This document shows positions 11,401-22,400 of a stretch of 49,105 nucleotides of DNA, one piece after another. Where the stretch lies: IMG/VR virus record IMGVR_UViG_3300003323_000621, positions 72,153-121,257 of that record; one strand, written 5' to 3'. The notes under the pieces were generated by a model. It was not told the origin of the DNA, made no database searches, and saw only the letters and a list, made by a program, of their open reading frames with translations. Each line of letters opens with the position of its first letter. Position 1 is the stretch's first letter. A program made the translations under genes and the position numbers. Source of the stretch: a virus. Taxonomy: Duplodnaviria; Heunggongvirae; Uroviricota; Caudoviricetes.

Positions 11401-13653
11401 GGAACAGGTTCTCAAGCTATAATGAAGCATGGTGGAAGATTTAAAGCTAACTCAGGAGTAAATATTAACTCAGGTGGAAGTATGTCTCAAATATCAAATC
11501 CTGATGAGTCTAATCCAGTATTTAAATTTAATGGTAATAGTCATGAACAAGGAGGTATCAAGATAGACTATAATGGTAATCCTGTAGAAGTAGAAGGTGG
11601 TGAAACTGCTTATATGGATAATGGTGGTAACTTCAATGTATTTGGTAATATGAGAGTTCCAGGTACAAAGATGAACTTTGATACTATGGGAGAGAAGTTA
11701 GCTAAAGAAGAGCAAAAATATAACAAAGGAAAATATAAAGGAGCTGATATAGTTAATGAAGCTGATTTAGAATCTAAAAATCTTTATGAGAGATATAGAT
11801 TTAATGCTGGAAAAGTAATGTTAGAATCTAATGAGCAGGCTGAAAGAAATATTGGTGAAAGAAAAGAAAATTTAGTAGCTCTTCAAAATGCAATGTTACT
11901 TACAGCAAATACATTTGGAGAAGATCCTAAAAAAATGTTCAATGGTAAAGCAAAGAATGGAGCATCTTTTGGAGCTTATGATCCTTATAAGAGAGTACCT
12001 TATGATGCAGCTAAACCTATGCCTAAAGATCCTTATAAACCTAACTTTCCAATAGCCAAGTTTGATAATGGTGGTAGAACTAACAATTATACTGGAAGTA
12101 ATAAATCAAGTGATTTTATGCAACCTTTATTTACACAACAATCATTAAATTCTGAAGCTTCTTTTGTAGATCCTATGCCAATTACATTGGATAATGGTGG
12201 AGGAATAAAAGATAAATTTGCTAAGTTAAAACAACAAACAGAAGCAGCTTTAGCTAAAAAATATCCTGGTAAGAAGATAACTGTAGTTCCTTCTTATGAT
12301 AGAGATATATCTACACAAAGAGGATTAATGGCTTCAAAGAAATCTAAAACTCCTGTATCACTTCATAACCTTGGAGCAGCTGGAGACTATAATATATATG
12401 TTGATGGAAAGTTAGTACAAGACCCTCAAGTATATAAAGATACCTTATGGAAAGAAGCTAATAATCTTGGATTACATTCTTTAGGAGATTGGGATCCTGC
12501 TCATATATCAGCAGTAAAAGAAGGTAAAGGTACAGCATTTAGTACTTTATTAAGTGCAAATCCAGAGATAAGAGATACAGATCAGTATAAAAATACAGTT
12601 TCTTATCTTAAAGATCTTATTGATAAAAAGCAAGCTACTAACAGAGAAATATCTGCTTATAATCAATTAACAGGATCTAAAATAGCTATTCCTAAAGGAA
12701 GAGGATATATAGATAATACAAGAGTATTAGATACTAGTATTCCCAGTGGACAGGTAGCTTTTGGTGAAACTTATATTAATCAAAATCTTACAGATCTCCC
12801 TAATATAGAACAATTACAGGAGACTAATATTCCTAATATTAGTACTAATATAGAAGCTAATGTTCCTAATACTAATAGTTCTACAATAAATAATTCTATT
12901 CCAGACTTTAAAAAACCTGTACCTGGAAAATCAAGAGATATAAGAAATCCTTTATCAATTGATCAATATTTTCCAGAAGCTTATGTATTAGCTACTAATA
13001 GAGAACAACCTGTTCAGGCACAGTATTACACTCCAGAGTTATTCCAACCTTATGAAGTATCTTTCCAAGATTTAAGAAATCAAAATCAAGCTGATTTTAA
13101 TGCTACTACAAGACAATTGGTTAATGCTGGAAGATATGATTTATTATCTACTGTAGCTGCTGATAAGTATAGAGCTAATGAATCTATAACTGCAGGTCAG
13201 GAATTTAGAACTAATCAAGGAATAGCTAATGATGTATATAATAAAAATATAGGATTATTAAATCAAGCAGAGCTTACTAACTTACAAATAGCAGATTTAC
13301 AAGCTGATAGACAAGCTCAAGCTTATGCTAATACTCAGGATAGAACTATAGATGCTATAACTTCATTATCTGCTAAATCTGCTCAGAATAAATTAGAGAC
13401 TAAAACAGCTAATTTATACTCACAAATGATGAAAAACTTTAGCTATAATGAAAAGAATGGAAAAATAGAGTTTAATCCTGATAGTATAACAGGACCTGTT
13501 ATAACTAATCCTAATGGAACTACAACTGAATATATAGATCCTAATAAGAAAATCATAGATTATGAGTATGATTCTAAAGGAAGAAGAACTAGAAAAGTTG
13601 AAACAGAACCTCAATATAAAGTTCAAAAAGCTAGATGGAGATTATTTGGATAA
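8467..13653 (+). CDS. Modular virion cargo/ejection protein with a zincin (HEYSH) module and an M15-family peptidase module
   Basis: HEYSH at 9625-9639. IHIKPENRGKF motif from 10759. SHEQGG...VEVEGGE motif near 11540-11610. SLHNLGAAGD (12358-12387) plus WDPAH (12490-12504) match the M15 SxHxxGxAxD...DxxH pattern. Confidence 0.7.
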   Translation: MPGDKKKKNYNSRDPRTMAEIQKENINSIPNSQWKNAIPVYLPNDVVVKKGKAVKVPAPKPNEYSPGSSETLDNLSSNVFSYFLGVKNDGLIPSPYRPTNAKDPKSKYYTYKNIKNDIKEDLIGDSYNERIANAEKVYASGNPNYNPIVISKNRSFDDYYNYLSNSKRKVKMSGNSINLGHYNLSAGEDERGRYISAYDKYDWNLLEGAGFNGNSWETYDRIYDDEWDKIQKPTKKEDGGAVGDPIKKSKGNTSTSVPITLYGPTDTVKKGNKTVKVKRPSIIGSLPVQPSINNPIEFLNSYYNSDEFKRKSGSFYDANMSYYKAGDRSYDVEYVDSSNEGSNAVPATKLVTSDMFGKGRGKDPSIILDRSQAKRRGMNLENDILPHEYSHTTRELSADDEAKFIEKNRDFLVKDFYRRYLEDINTTPTEHNFSRWSQSVLNHEQLPSENYSDMNTLRWILYKNNIYDARKGPLTKEQLQKAIEDPNIKDNFMFKRLLKSFSIDDIVELNNTIAYNNQKNNTPMARNGLSMKRKNYMSFDPGGNPSPQEKYYQSSARLSHYKNILNDKLKAKNPEAFSNYFKGLVDLRRSGKTNEADKYVQSTAYNEYLTPQEVKSTLGDNDYNDYLSSIREVNAYDVAQGKQPLYGNVEGETNLNALNYGRRFASLQITPSLSVFNKASGKNYKRNYTYNPVTRQVDVKEEGDVSLRPNYVSSITPTNEVVNNMDDGGVLAFKVPQIPIHTEMMEGPLDGLEKDGIDYYAKSGIHIKPENRGKFNALKKRTGKTTEELTHSKNPLTRKRAIFAQNAKKWNKGKKKDDGGIIEDTYLNPLNYDPTLDYYEEYANNPNLMLDEEAEFGTSLPDPTKPKIDGSITNPNNVGGYLWDPMSQAVPTPFEQNNSGVIDTRTNQQFFTVDPNQQGPQFNGDLNQDSNQQNNPLFRIGEEDIQNGLLGLAYATGNLNRPRSNRMPLLTSYNPYAQGTGSQAIMKHGGRFKANSGVNINSGGSMSQISNPDESNPVFKFNGNSHEQGGIKIDYNGNPVEVEGGETAYMDNGGNFNVFGNMRVPGTKMNFDTMGEKLAKEEQKYNKGKYKGADIVNEADLESKNLYERYRFNAGKVMLESNEQAERNIGERKENLVALQNAMLLTANTFGEDPKKMFNGKAKNGASFGAYDPYKRVPYDAAKPMPKDPYKPNFPIAKFDNGGRTNNYTGSNKSSDFMQPLFTQQSLNSEASFVDPMPITLDNGGGIKDKFAKLKQQTEAALAKKYPGKKITVVPSYDRDISTQRGLMASKKSKTPVSLHNLGAAGDYNIYVDGKLVQDPQVYKDTLWKEANNLGLHSLGDWDPAHISAVKEGKGTAFSTLLSANPEIRDTDQYKNTVSYLKDLIDKKQATNREISAYNQLTGSKIAIPKGRGYIDNTRVLDTSIPSGQVAFGETYINQNLTDLPNIEQLQETNIPNISTNIEANVPNTNSSTINNSIPDFKKPVPGKSRDIRNPLSIDQYFPEAYVLATNREQPVQAQYYTPELFQPYEVSFQDLRNQNQADFNATTRQLVNAGRYDLLSTVAADKYRANESITAGQEFRTNQGIANDVYNKNIGLLNQAELTNLQIADLQADRQAQAYANTQDRTIDAITSLSAKSAQNKLETKTANLYSQMMKNFSYNEKNGKIEFNPDSITGPVITNPNGTTTEYIDPNKKIIDYEYDSKGRRTRKVETEPQYKVQKARWRLFG

Positions 13654-13687
13654 TACATTCTAACTTAATAAATTAATAATTTCTAAT

Positions 13688-13726
13688 AAGATTTGTCAGT
13701 ATTTAATTAAAGTATTGACAAATCTT
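13688..13726. terminator. Inverted repeat AAGATTTGTCAGTA-N11-TATTGACAAATCTT: intrinsic terminator or operator
   Basis: 14-bp arms with one G-U pair, followed by TTATCTTT. It lies in the only sizeable gap between cargo genes. Confidence 0.55.
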
Positions 13727-13727
13727 T

Positions 13728-13737
13728 TATCTTTGTA
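13728..13737 (+). promoter_or_regulatory. Possible Bacteroidota -7 element (TATCTTTG) upstream of the 889-aa cargo gene
   Basis: Matches TAnnTTTG about 20 nt before the ATG at 13756. There is no TTG at the canonical 17-23 nt spacing. Confidence 0.35.
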
Positions 13738-13755
13738 TTCTATAACATAATTTAG

Positions 13756-16425
13756 ATGGCAAATTATAGACAAACTAGACCTATAAATTACTCACCATAC
13801 ATTAGTCAAATTCCTTTACAACCAATGTTACAAGTTGGTAGTCAAGAGCAATTAAATTATAATGTAGCTGTAGACAAAATACAATCTCAAGTAAATCAAT
13901 TGGGAGCTTTAGATATAGCCAGGTCTCAAGGAAGAGCTTATGTTAATCAGAGATTAAATGATCTGGTTAATAAGATAAATGTAGCAGCAGGATCAAATTT
14001 TTCTGATCCTAATGTATTTAATCAGTTAACAGCTATGGCAGGTACAATAGGTAATGATCAAACTATTGTTAATGAAGTTGTAGGTACTCAGATGATGAGG
14101 TCTAAACAAAAAGAGATTACTACTCTTAAGGAAAAGAATCCAGAATTATATTCTCAAAAAAATGAAGAATATGCAATGATGGATATAAATAAATGGTTAT
14201 CTGATGGATCACCTGCAGGTACTAAACTTAATGATAGAAGATCTTTCTCTCCATGGTATGATTCTGAAAAAGAAGCTACAGATTTAACAAAAGATTTCTT
14301 ATCAAGACCAGATGAATTTACTACAGAAACTTTAGATCCTAATACAGGACAAATTATAAAGAAAACTTATAAAGGTAAAACAGCTGATCAAATAAAACAA
14401 TTCTTAAATGCCAATTTATCTAGCAAAGCTAAGAATCAATTTATAATTGATGGTACAGTTAATGGACAGTATATATCAGATCAGGAGTTTTTAAGACAGT
14501 ATCAAGAAGATAAAAACAATCAGATTAGATCATTAATAAATGATGGTAATCAATTAACACAAGCTTATCATAGTAGCTCATTAACTACAGAAGAAAGAAA
14601 TAAAATATCATTACAGGTTAATGATATTAATAAACAAATTCAAGCTTTAAATGCAGATAAAGGTAATGTTGATTATATGAGAGCAGCATTAGCTCAAAAA
14701 CCAGATTATTTTGGTCAAATGTATGCTAATCAGAAAATTAATGCAATGGCTATTACTAGAGAATTTTCTGAAAATGCAGTAACATATGGAACTAATGAAG
14801 CTACAGTTTCTCAGCTAAATAGAATAGCTACCAGAGAAAATATGATGTATACTCAAGCTCAAGAGAATGCCAGAGCTTCTATGGCTAACAAATTAGCTTA
14901 TGATAGATTAGCTGTTGATTCTGGGTTTAAAGAACAGGAACTTGAATTAAAAAGAATTGAGTTAGGTCTTAAATCAGGATTGCAACCTGGAATGGCTCCA
15001 TTTAATCCTAATTCTCCTTCCAGTAGATATGATATTCAAACTACAGGAAAGCAGGATATTACAGAACAAATAACTGGACAGAATGCTTATCAAAAATATC
15101 AAACAGAAACTTTTGGTAAGATAAATAATTATAATGCTAGTAAAGGAGCATTATATGATAATTTATCTAAGATAAAATCTTATCAAGATGATTTAGCTAA
15201 ATCTGTAGGAAAGGTATGGAGTAACATGACAGAACCTGAAAGAAGAAATGCTTTTGATCAATATTTAATAGCAAAGAATTCTGATTGGAATAAAGGTAAT
15301 CAAATGCCTAAAGAATTAGATGATTTCTTTAATGCTTCTACAGAGTTATTAAGAGATGTTACTGTAAGAAGAAACTTTGGTAATAATGCTAATGAAAAGG
15401 TCTTAAAAGATATGCAATCATTAGGAGTATCTAGTGTAACTATAGATGGTAAAACATTTACTCCAGAAGATATTCTTAGATATGTAACTACAGGATTTGG
15501 TCCAATAAAAGATCTTCCAGATGGTTCTGTAGCAGGATATGAAAATGTAGAATATATAGATCCTAAATCAGGATTAAGAGGAACCAGAGTAGTTTATACT
15601 GGAGGTTTAAACAAGTATGCTCCTCTTAGAGAAATGGTTGAAAAATTTAAACAATCTGCTGCCCTTAAAGAATATTACAATCAGTTTAATATGTCTTCAG
15701 GACAGGAGTTATATAAAACTACAAGAACTTTTGATCCTAATAATAAAGCTCAACAAGCAGATTTTACTAAGATGAAAGGTCTTGTTATGGGATTATTACA
15801 ACAACAAGATCAATCAAAAGCTCAAAGTATAAATCCTAATGATATATCTCCAGTATTTCATATTAATAATTCTACTGGAGAAATAGAAGGTACTATCATA
15901 TCTAAAGGTAAAGCAGGTAGAGATGTAATAACTCCATTTAAGGTACAGAATGATGCAATGAAATTTAATAATGCAAGAGATCTTGAGTTACAACAAGAAA
16001 TGTTTTTTAATAATGGAGCTACAGGTTCTATTTTAATAAGAGGACCAAAGCCATTTAATGTAGTGATTAAATCTAACTCTACAGATGCAGCATCTAAATT
16101 TACTGTAGGTCCAGGATTATCAGCAGCTAAGTATACTATATATGATTTAAATAATAATCAAATAAAAGATCCTTATGGTGGATTTGATTCACCCACTGCT
16201 GCAGAAGATTGGATAAAAGGTATGGGTAATGCAATTACTCAACAAGAAGCATCTAAATGGTATAATAGTGTAAAAGATACACCACAATTTAAATCAATGT
16301 CTGATAGACAACAAGCTGATGCTTTAAGTAAACATCTTGAAAACATTGATCCTTCAAATAATATGCAGTTCCAAAGTAATAATGTAATGATGAACATTTT
16401 ACAAGGACTTAAAAATACCAAATAA
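13756..16425 (+). CDS. Putative virion cargo/ejection protein
   Basis: 889 aa, Q/N-rich and predicted helical/coiled-coil. It lies between cargo 1 and the RNAP gene, as in crAss-like phages. No catalytic motif recognised. Confidence 0.6.
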   Translation: MANYRQTRPINYSPYISQIPLQPMLQVGSQEQLNYNVAVDKIQSQVNQLGALDIARSQGRAYVNQRLNDLVNKINVAAGSNFSDPNVFNQLTAMAGTIGNDQTIVNEVVGTQMMRSKQKEITTLKEKNPELYSQKNEEYAMMDINKWLSDGSPAGTKLNDRRSFSPWYDSEKEATDLTKDFLSRPDEFTTETLDPNTGQIIKKTYKGKTADQIKQFLNANLSSKAKNQFIIDGTVNGQYISDQEFLRQYQEDKNNQIRSLINDGNQLTQAYHSSSLTTEERNKISLQVNDINKQIQALNADKGNVDYMRAALAQKPDYFGQMYANQKINAMAITREFSENAVTYGTNEATVSQLNRIATRENMMYTQAQENARASMANKLAYDRLAVDSGFKEQELELKRIELGLKSGLQPGMAPFNPNSPSSRYDIQTTGKQDITEQITGQNAYQKYQTETFGKINNYNASKGALYDNLSKIKSYQDDLAKSVGKVWSNMTEPERRNAFDQYLIAKNSDWNKGNQMPKELDDFFNASTELLRDVTVRRNFGNNANEKVLKDMQSLGVSSVTIDGKTFTPEDILRYVTTGFGPIKDLPDGSVAGYENVEYIDPKSGLRGTRVVYTGGLNKYAPLREMVEKFKQSAALKEYYNQFNMSSGQELYKTTRTFDPNNKAQQADFTKMKGLVMGLLQQQDQSKAQSINPNDISPVFHINNSTGEIEGTIISKGKAGRDVITPFKVQNDAMKFNNARDLELQQEMFFNNGATGSILIRGPKPFNVVIKSNSTDAASKFTVGPGLSAAKYTIYDLNNNQIKDPYGGFDSPTAAEDWIKGMGNAITQQEASKWYNSVKDTPQFKSMSDRQQADALSKHLENIDPSNNMQFQSNNVMMNILQGLKNTK

Positions 16426-16439
16426 TAATTAAAAGATTT

Positions 16440-19400
16440 ATGCCAGATAACAATACACAACAACCTAATGTATCAGGAACTCCAACTCCTCAACAGATTT
16501 CTCCTTTATCACAAAGAGATTTCTATACATTAGATAATGTGCATCAGAGTGTTGGTTCTCAATTACAGAAGACTTTATTCTGGGATTATGCAAGAAATGC
16601 AGCTCCTGTAGCTCTTGCTAAAATGCCAACTTTATCTACTAACTATCCTAATTTAATTAATAATAGTGGAGTAATATATCAAGCAGGAGTTCCTAAAGCT
16701 ACAAAGACTTGGGATCAAATGAGTATTGAAGTAGCTAATAATTTAAAAGCTACTAATCCTTATTTTAATACTCCTACAGTACAGAATTCTTATCAAGAAG
16801 CTGGTAGATATTCTACTAATATTCATGGTAATGCTCATGGTTATATTAGAGGAAGAAATAATGAAGATTATGAAGCTTCTAAACAATCAGGATGGGAACT
16901 TGTTCCTATTGGTGTAATTAACTTTCTTGAAAAAACAGGTAGTGTTGCTTTATCATCTATTGGTATGATAGGCAATTTACCTAATGCTTTATTATCAGGA
17001 GATATGTCTAAAGCTGCTGATAACTGGTTATCTAAATGGGCAGATCAAATTTATGAAGATAGATCTAATGTTGTATTTAGATCTGATGAATATAATCAAA
17101 AAGGAGCTTTAGCTAAATTAGGTACTGGAACCTGGTGGGCAGATCAAGGAGCAGATATGGCTGGTTTTGTTGCTGGTAATATTCTTCCTGCTGCAGGTAT
17201 TGCTAAAGTTGGTGTTTTAACAAGAGGATCTAAATATCTTGGTAATGCTATATGGTCTTCTAAAGCAGCAGAATCTTTTGTTGCTGCTACAGAAGCTGGA
17301 CAATTAGCAGCTACTTCTGTTCCTACTGTATTACAAGCTGGTAACTTTTTAGCTAAAAATAATAGATGGTTAAATGGATTAACTACTTTAGAAACTAGTG
17401 CTGCTTCTGCTTATACAGAATCAGTATTTGAAGCTGCTGATACTAAAAAGAGAATTTATCAACAAATGTTAGATGCTGGTAAAGCACCAGATGAAGCTGC
17501 TTCAATAGCTAATACTAATGCTAATAGAACTTTTGGTCTTAATATGATGGTATTACTTCCCTCAGCTTTTTGGGAAGTTAATGCTTTATTGAAAGGTAGA
17601 GAAAATTTAAAACAAGCTGTAAAATATATAAGGAATGGAGAATTAGTATCTCCAGAAATGAAATCTTATATTGCTTCTTTAGGTAAAGGTGCAGCAGAAG
17701 GTGCTTTAGTAGAAGGTTTATGGGAAGAGAATGTTCAACATTCTATACAGGAACTAGCAGATAAAATCTCTTCTGAAAAAATATCTACTTCTTTTTCTGA
17801 TATTGGATCTTCTATAATTTCAGATACATTTGTAAATAACTTTACTACTGATGAAGGTTTAGAAAATATTGTTGGTGGTGTAGTTATGGGTATTTTAATG
17901 GGAGGTAAAAAAGGATACTCTAATGTAAAAGATAATTATAAATTAGCTAAAGTAGCTTCTGAGAAGTATAATAAATCTTATACAGATGAATATAAACTAG
18001 CAAAAGATATAATGAAATTATCTGATTATCAGAAAAATACTGATGATTATATAATGAGAGATGCTAGTGGTAATATTATACTTGAAGATAATGTTGCTAA
18101 AATAAATCATTCTAAGCTTATACAAGATGTTAAATCACTTGGATTACAAGTAGATTTAGGATCTACAATGGCTAGTGCAGCTAATAATAATCTTGATGAT
18201 GTATTTGAAACTGCAAAAAATCAACTTATAGGAGAATATGTTTATAACCACATGAATAATGGTCTTGAAGAAAGAATGTGGGATAAACTTAATTCTTGGC
18301 AAAATCTTAATCAAACTGAAAAAGACCAATTGGGAATCTTCTTTGAAGAAAAAGATTCTGAAGGAAATCCTATATCCTTACAAGACCAATTGAATGATGT
18401 TAAAATTAAGACTGCCAAATATAAAAGATTATATAATCATATAGAATCTATGTATCCTGAAGTATTATATACTGATAAGGAAGGTAGAGAATATGGATAT
18501 AATACAAGAGGTATATTTAGAGAATCAATTTTAAATCAATCTTTATCTGATCAATTAGATAATATTAGAAATGATATATCTAGTCTTAGTTCAGAAATAG
18601 TTGAAGCTTTTGAACAACAACTTTCTTATGGAAGTTATTCTGATAGGAATGAAAAATTGTTATGGGAGGAAAATCAAAAGATAAAATCTTTTATTGCAGA
18701 TAATCCCAACTCTACTTTTAGTATACAATTTAATAAATTAAATTCTTCAGAGAAAGAGACTATTAGTGAACTTAAAAAATCTAATGAAAGATATAAAGAT
18801 CTTACTAATAGAGATAATACTTTACAAGAGATTCAATCTACTGTAGAATCAAGAGATAAAAATGAAACTATTGTAAAAGAGAAATTAAAGAATTTACCAA
18901 AGGATATAGAAGCTGAAAATGAAAGATCTGCTAAAGATGCTAATGATGTATTTGATACTGATACTTTACCAGAACCTCCAGAAGATGTAACTATTGAACC
19001 TGTAAGTGATGATATAGATGCTTTTGAGTCTGCTGTAGCTAGTAATACTACTAAACCTTCAGATAGTATTCCAGGTAAAGATGAAGATATGGCATATAGA
19101 GTAAGTGTAGCTAAACAAGCTATATTAAATCATTATGCAGGTAATAAAACACTTCAGCAACAAGCTAGTGATAAACTTGATCAAATGGATGATCAACAAG
19201 TATTCCAAGCTTATGATGCTGTATTTAAAGATCAAGCTAAGACTTTTAATTTTAAAGGAAAGACTATAACTGTAGGAGATATATATAAAGATAATACAGA
19301 AGTTTCCAGACAATGGAAAGTAGTTGGACAAAACACTTTACCAGGAGCACAAGGAGCTGTAATGTTACAAGATATATCTGATCCTACAAATAAATATGAG

Positions 19401-22400
19401 ATAAGTGAACTATCTCAGTTAGATGCTTTAACTCTTGTAGAATCTAAACCTAAAACTAGTAAAGAGAAAACAGAAGAAAAGAAAGATAATATTAAAAAAT
19501 CTCAACAACCATCTCTTACAGAGGATGGAAATCCTATTGTTAATGAAGATACTCCTAAAATCTGGAGAATTCCTAATGGAAATGTATTTGTTGAAGTATT
19601 TCAACAAATACCTTATTCCTTAAATAAAGCTGCTATAACTTCTGTATTATCATCTACCCCTAAAATAGCTGTTACATCAGGTTTAAGAATAAGATTTAAA
19701 AGAGTTACTGATCCTAATAGGATAGCTAAATATAATGATTTAAGAAATCCAGCAGGTCAGGATTTAATGCCTAATACTAATATAAAACAACATATGGGTG
19801 TTTTATATGATGCTGAAATTATACTTGGTGATCAAGTAATAGGATATTTAACTGACCCTAATAAATACATATTCTATAGTTCTACTGGAGAAATCATCCC
19901 AGTAGAATCTATGACTGAAGAATATTTCTCTACTATATATAATACTAATCAAAAGTATCCAATATCTTTAGAACAATTTAAGAATTATCATTCTCAATCT
20001 ACAAATCTTTATAATGAATTAATAACAAGGTTAGGTAATGAAGATGAAATAATTCTTGAACCATCAGATATAAGTTCATTACTGAGTTGGAATATTAATA
20101 ATGGAGAATATGATTATTCTGATAATAAAGAATATTCCCTTGATCAGTTACAGTTTAATACTGTAATGGGAGAAACTTATATAATAGATTCTCAAAATGT
20201 ATTTGATAGTAATGGATTATTACAATCCAGAACACAAAATGTAATTATATCTGATCCTACAAGATATAATGAGATAGATAAAGTAGTACAAGATTCTTTG
20301 TCTAAACTTAATACAGGTATAAATAATTATGGTAGATATGTAGCTGCTGTACAATTAGGTAATGGGGATATAAAATTTGTAGAACTTACTACTCCAGTAT
20401 TAAGTAATACTGAATTAGAATCTATTATAGATTCAATATTTGAAAGAAGATCTCAGTCTGCTAGTCAAACTAATATAGCAGAAGATAGATCTAAAATACC
20501 TAATGATTATTCATTTAATGATCAGTTTAATAAAGATCTTAATGATTTATTGTTTATATCTTTAGATCAAAAAGGTTGGAAAGCAAAATTAGAAGTATCT
20601 CCTACAGGAAGTTTTAGATTAGTAGTTACTGATTATAGAAATGATGGTAAGCCAATATCAGCTAAAATAAATATTAGTTTAACTACATCTAAGAACATTG
20701 ATGATATAATTAAATCAATCAATAACTCTATAGTAGAATATAATAAAGCTGATATTAAGGATAAATCAATTGCTAAAATTCCATTTAAATTAAACAGATC
20801 TAACTTTAAAAAATCTTTATCTAGAAATCCAACAATAGATGAATTAAGACTTCTTTCTACTTCAGTAAATCCTGGAATAGTAAAGAATGCTTCATTAAGT
20901 ATAGATGTAAAGCAATTTACTCCTACACCTACTTTAGTAACAACTAATGAAGTTATAAGAGAGCCACAATTACCTTCAGAAACTAATGTAACTGTTACTC
21001 TTCCTATAGAAGATGAATCAGGTCAGCCTACAGAAGCTATGATTGGTTCAGGTTCTTATCAAGAAATATCTGAGCAAATTAATAATCTTCAAATACAAAT
21101 TCAAACTATTCTTTCTGAAATAAAAACAAGAAAGGATAAAGAATTTAATAAAGTAGCTAATGAAAATATTAAGAATATTAAAGCTCAAATAGCTGACTTA
21201 ATGACTAGATTACCTAAGACTGAAATAACTCTTAAGGTAATAAACTCTAAAGAGTCTAGAGAAGGTACTATAAGACTTAATGAATTTAAAAAGTTTTTAC
21301 AAAAGAATCTTCCTAGTTATATTAATGTAGCTGATATTAACAATCTTTCTAAGAATTTAATGACTACTGGAACTACAGTAGGTGCATTCCAGAATAACTT
21401 AGAAATATTAGGTAATGGAAAGTTTAAAGTAACAGGTGGTACTATATTTACTGCAGATAATAATTCATTTAAATATCATGAAGCATTCCATGCTGTATTT
21501 AGATTATTATTAGATAACAAACAAATAAAACAATTACTTGATCAGGCAAGCAAAGAAGTAAAAATAAATGATCAATCTATAAATGAGTTTAGAAATTCTT
21601 CTTCTTTATATTCTAATTTAGGTGATTCTCAAATTAGAGAAAGAATATTAGAAGAATATATGGCTGATAAGTTTGAAGAGTGGAAATCTAATAAAGCAAC
21701 AAAAACTGATTCCAGGATAAAAGAGTTTTTTAAACAATTATTGCTTTGGATAAAATCTTTCTCACAAAGAATAGGTTTATCCAAACAGGATCTCTATGTC
21801 CTTTTTGATGATATTAATACTGGTAAATACAAGAATAAAGTAATTCAACAAAACAAATTTACTAATTATGGAGAATATGATCCTCAGAGTGAGGTATTCT
21901 CTACTGATCCTGTACTTAAATTAATTAAGATAGGAGAGGAAATAACTACAGATGAAAATGGTAATAAGCTGGTTACAGCAAAATACTTATCTCAATCTAA
22001 GTCTACTCAAATAGTAAATACTGTTACTTCTGTGTTCTTAAACAGAAGAGAAAATTATAGAGGAAAAATATCTGATCTTATTAATGAAATAATGAATGAT
22101 TATGCTACATTGTATGATCCTTCAAGAGATATATATCTAGAAAGAGAAGATTATTCAGATATTATAGAAGATTTATATGATATTCAAGCTGCTTATTCAG
22201 ATCCTTCTGCAAGAGAATCTATAATTGAAGCTATCAATTATAATCTTAATCAGATGGGCTTTAAACAAGCTTTATTAGAAGATGAAAATGAATCTGTAGA
22301 AGATAATTTTGGTCCTAAAACTACATCTGATTATTCTTTATCTCAAGAGAATATAGACTCACATGAAAATATACCTGCTCTTGTTAGAAGACATATAGGT

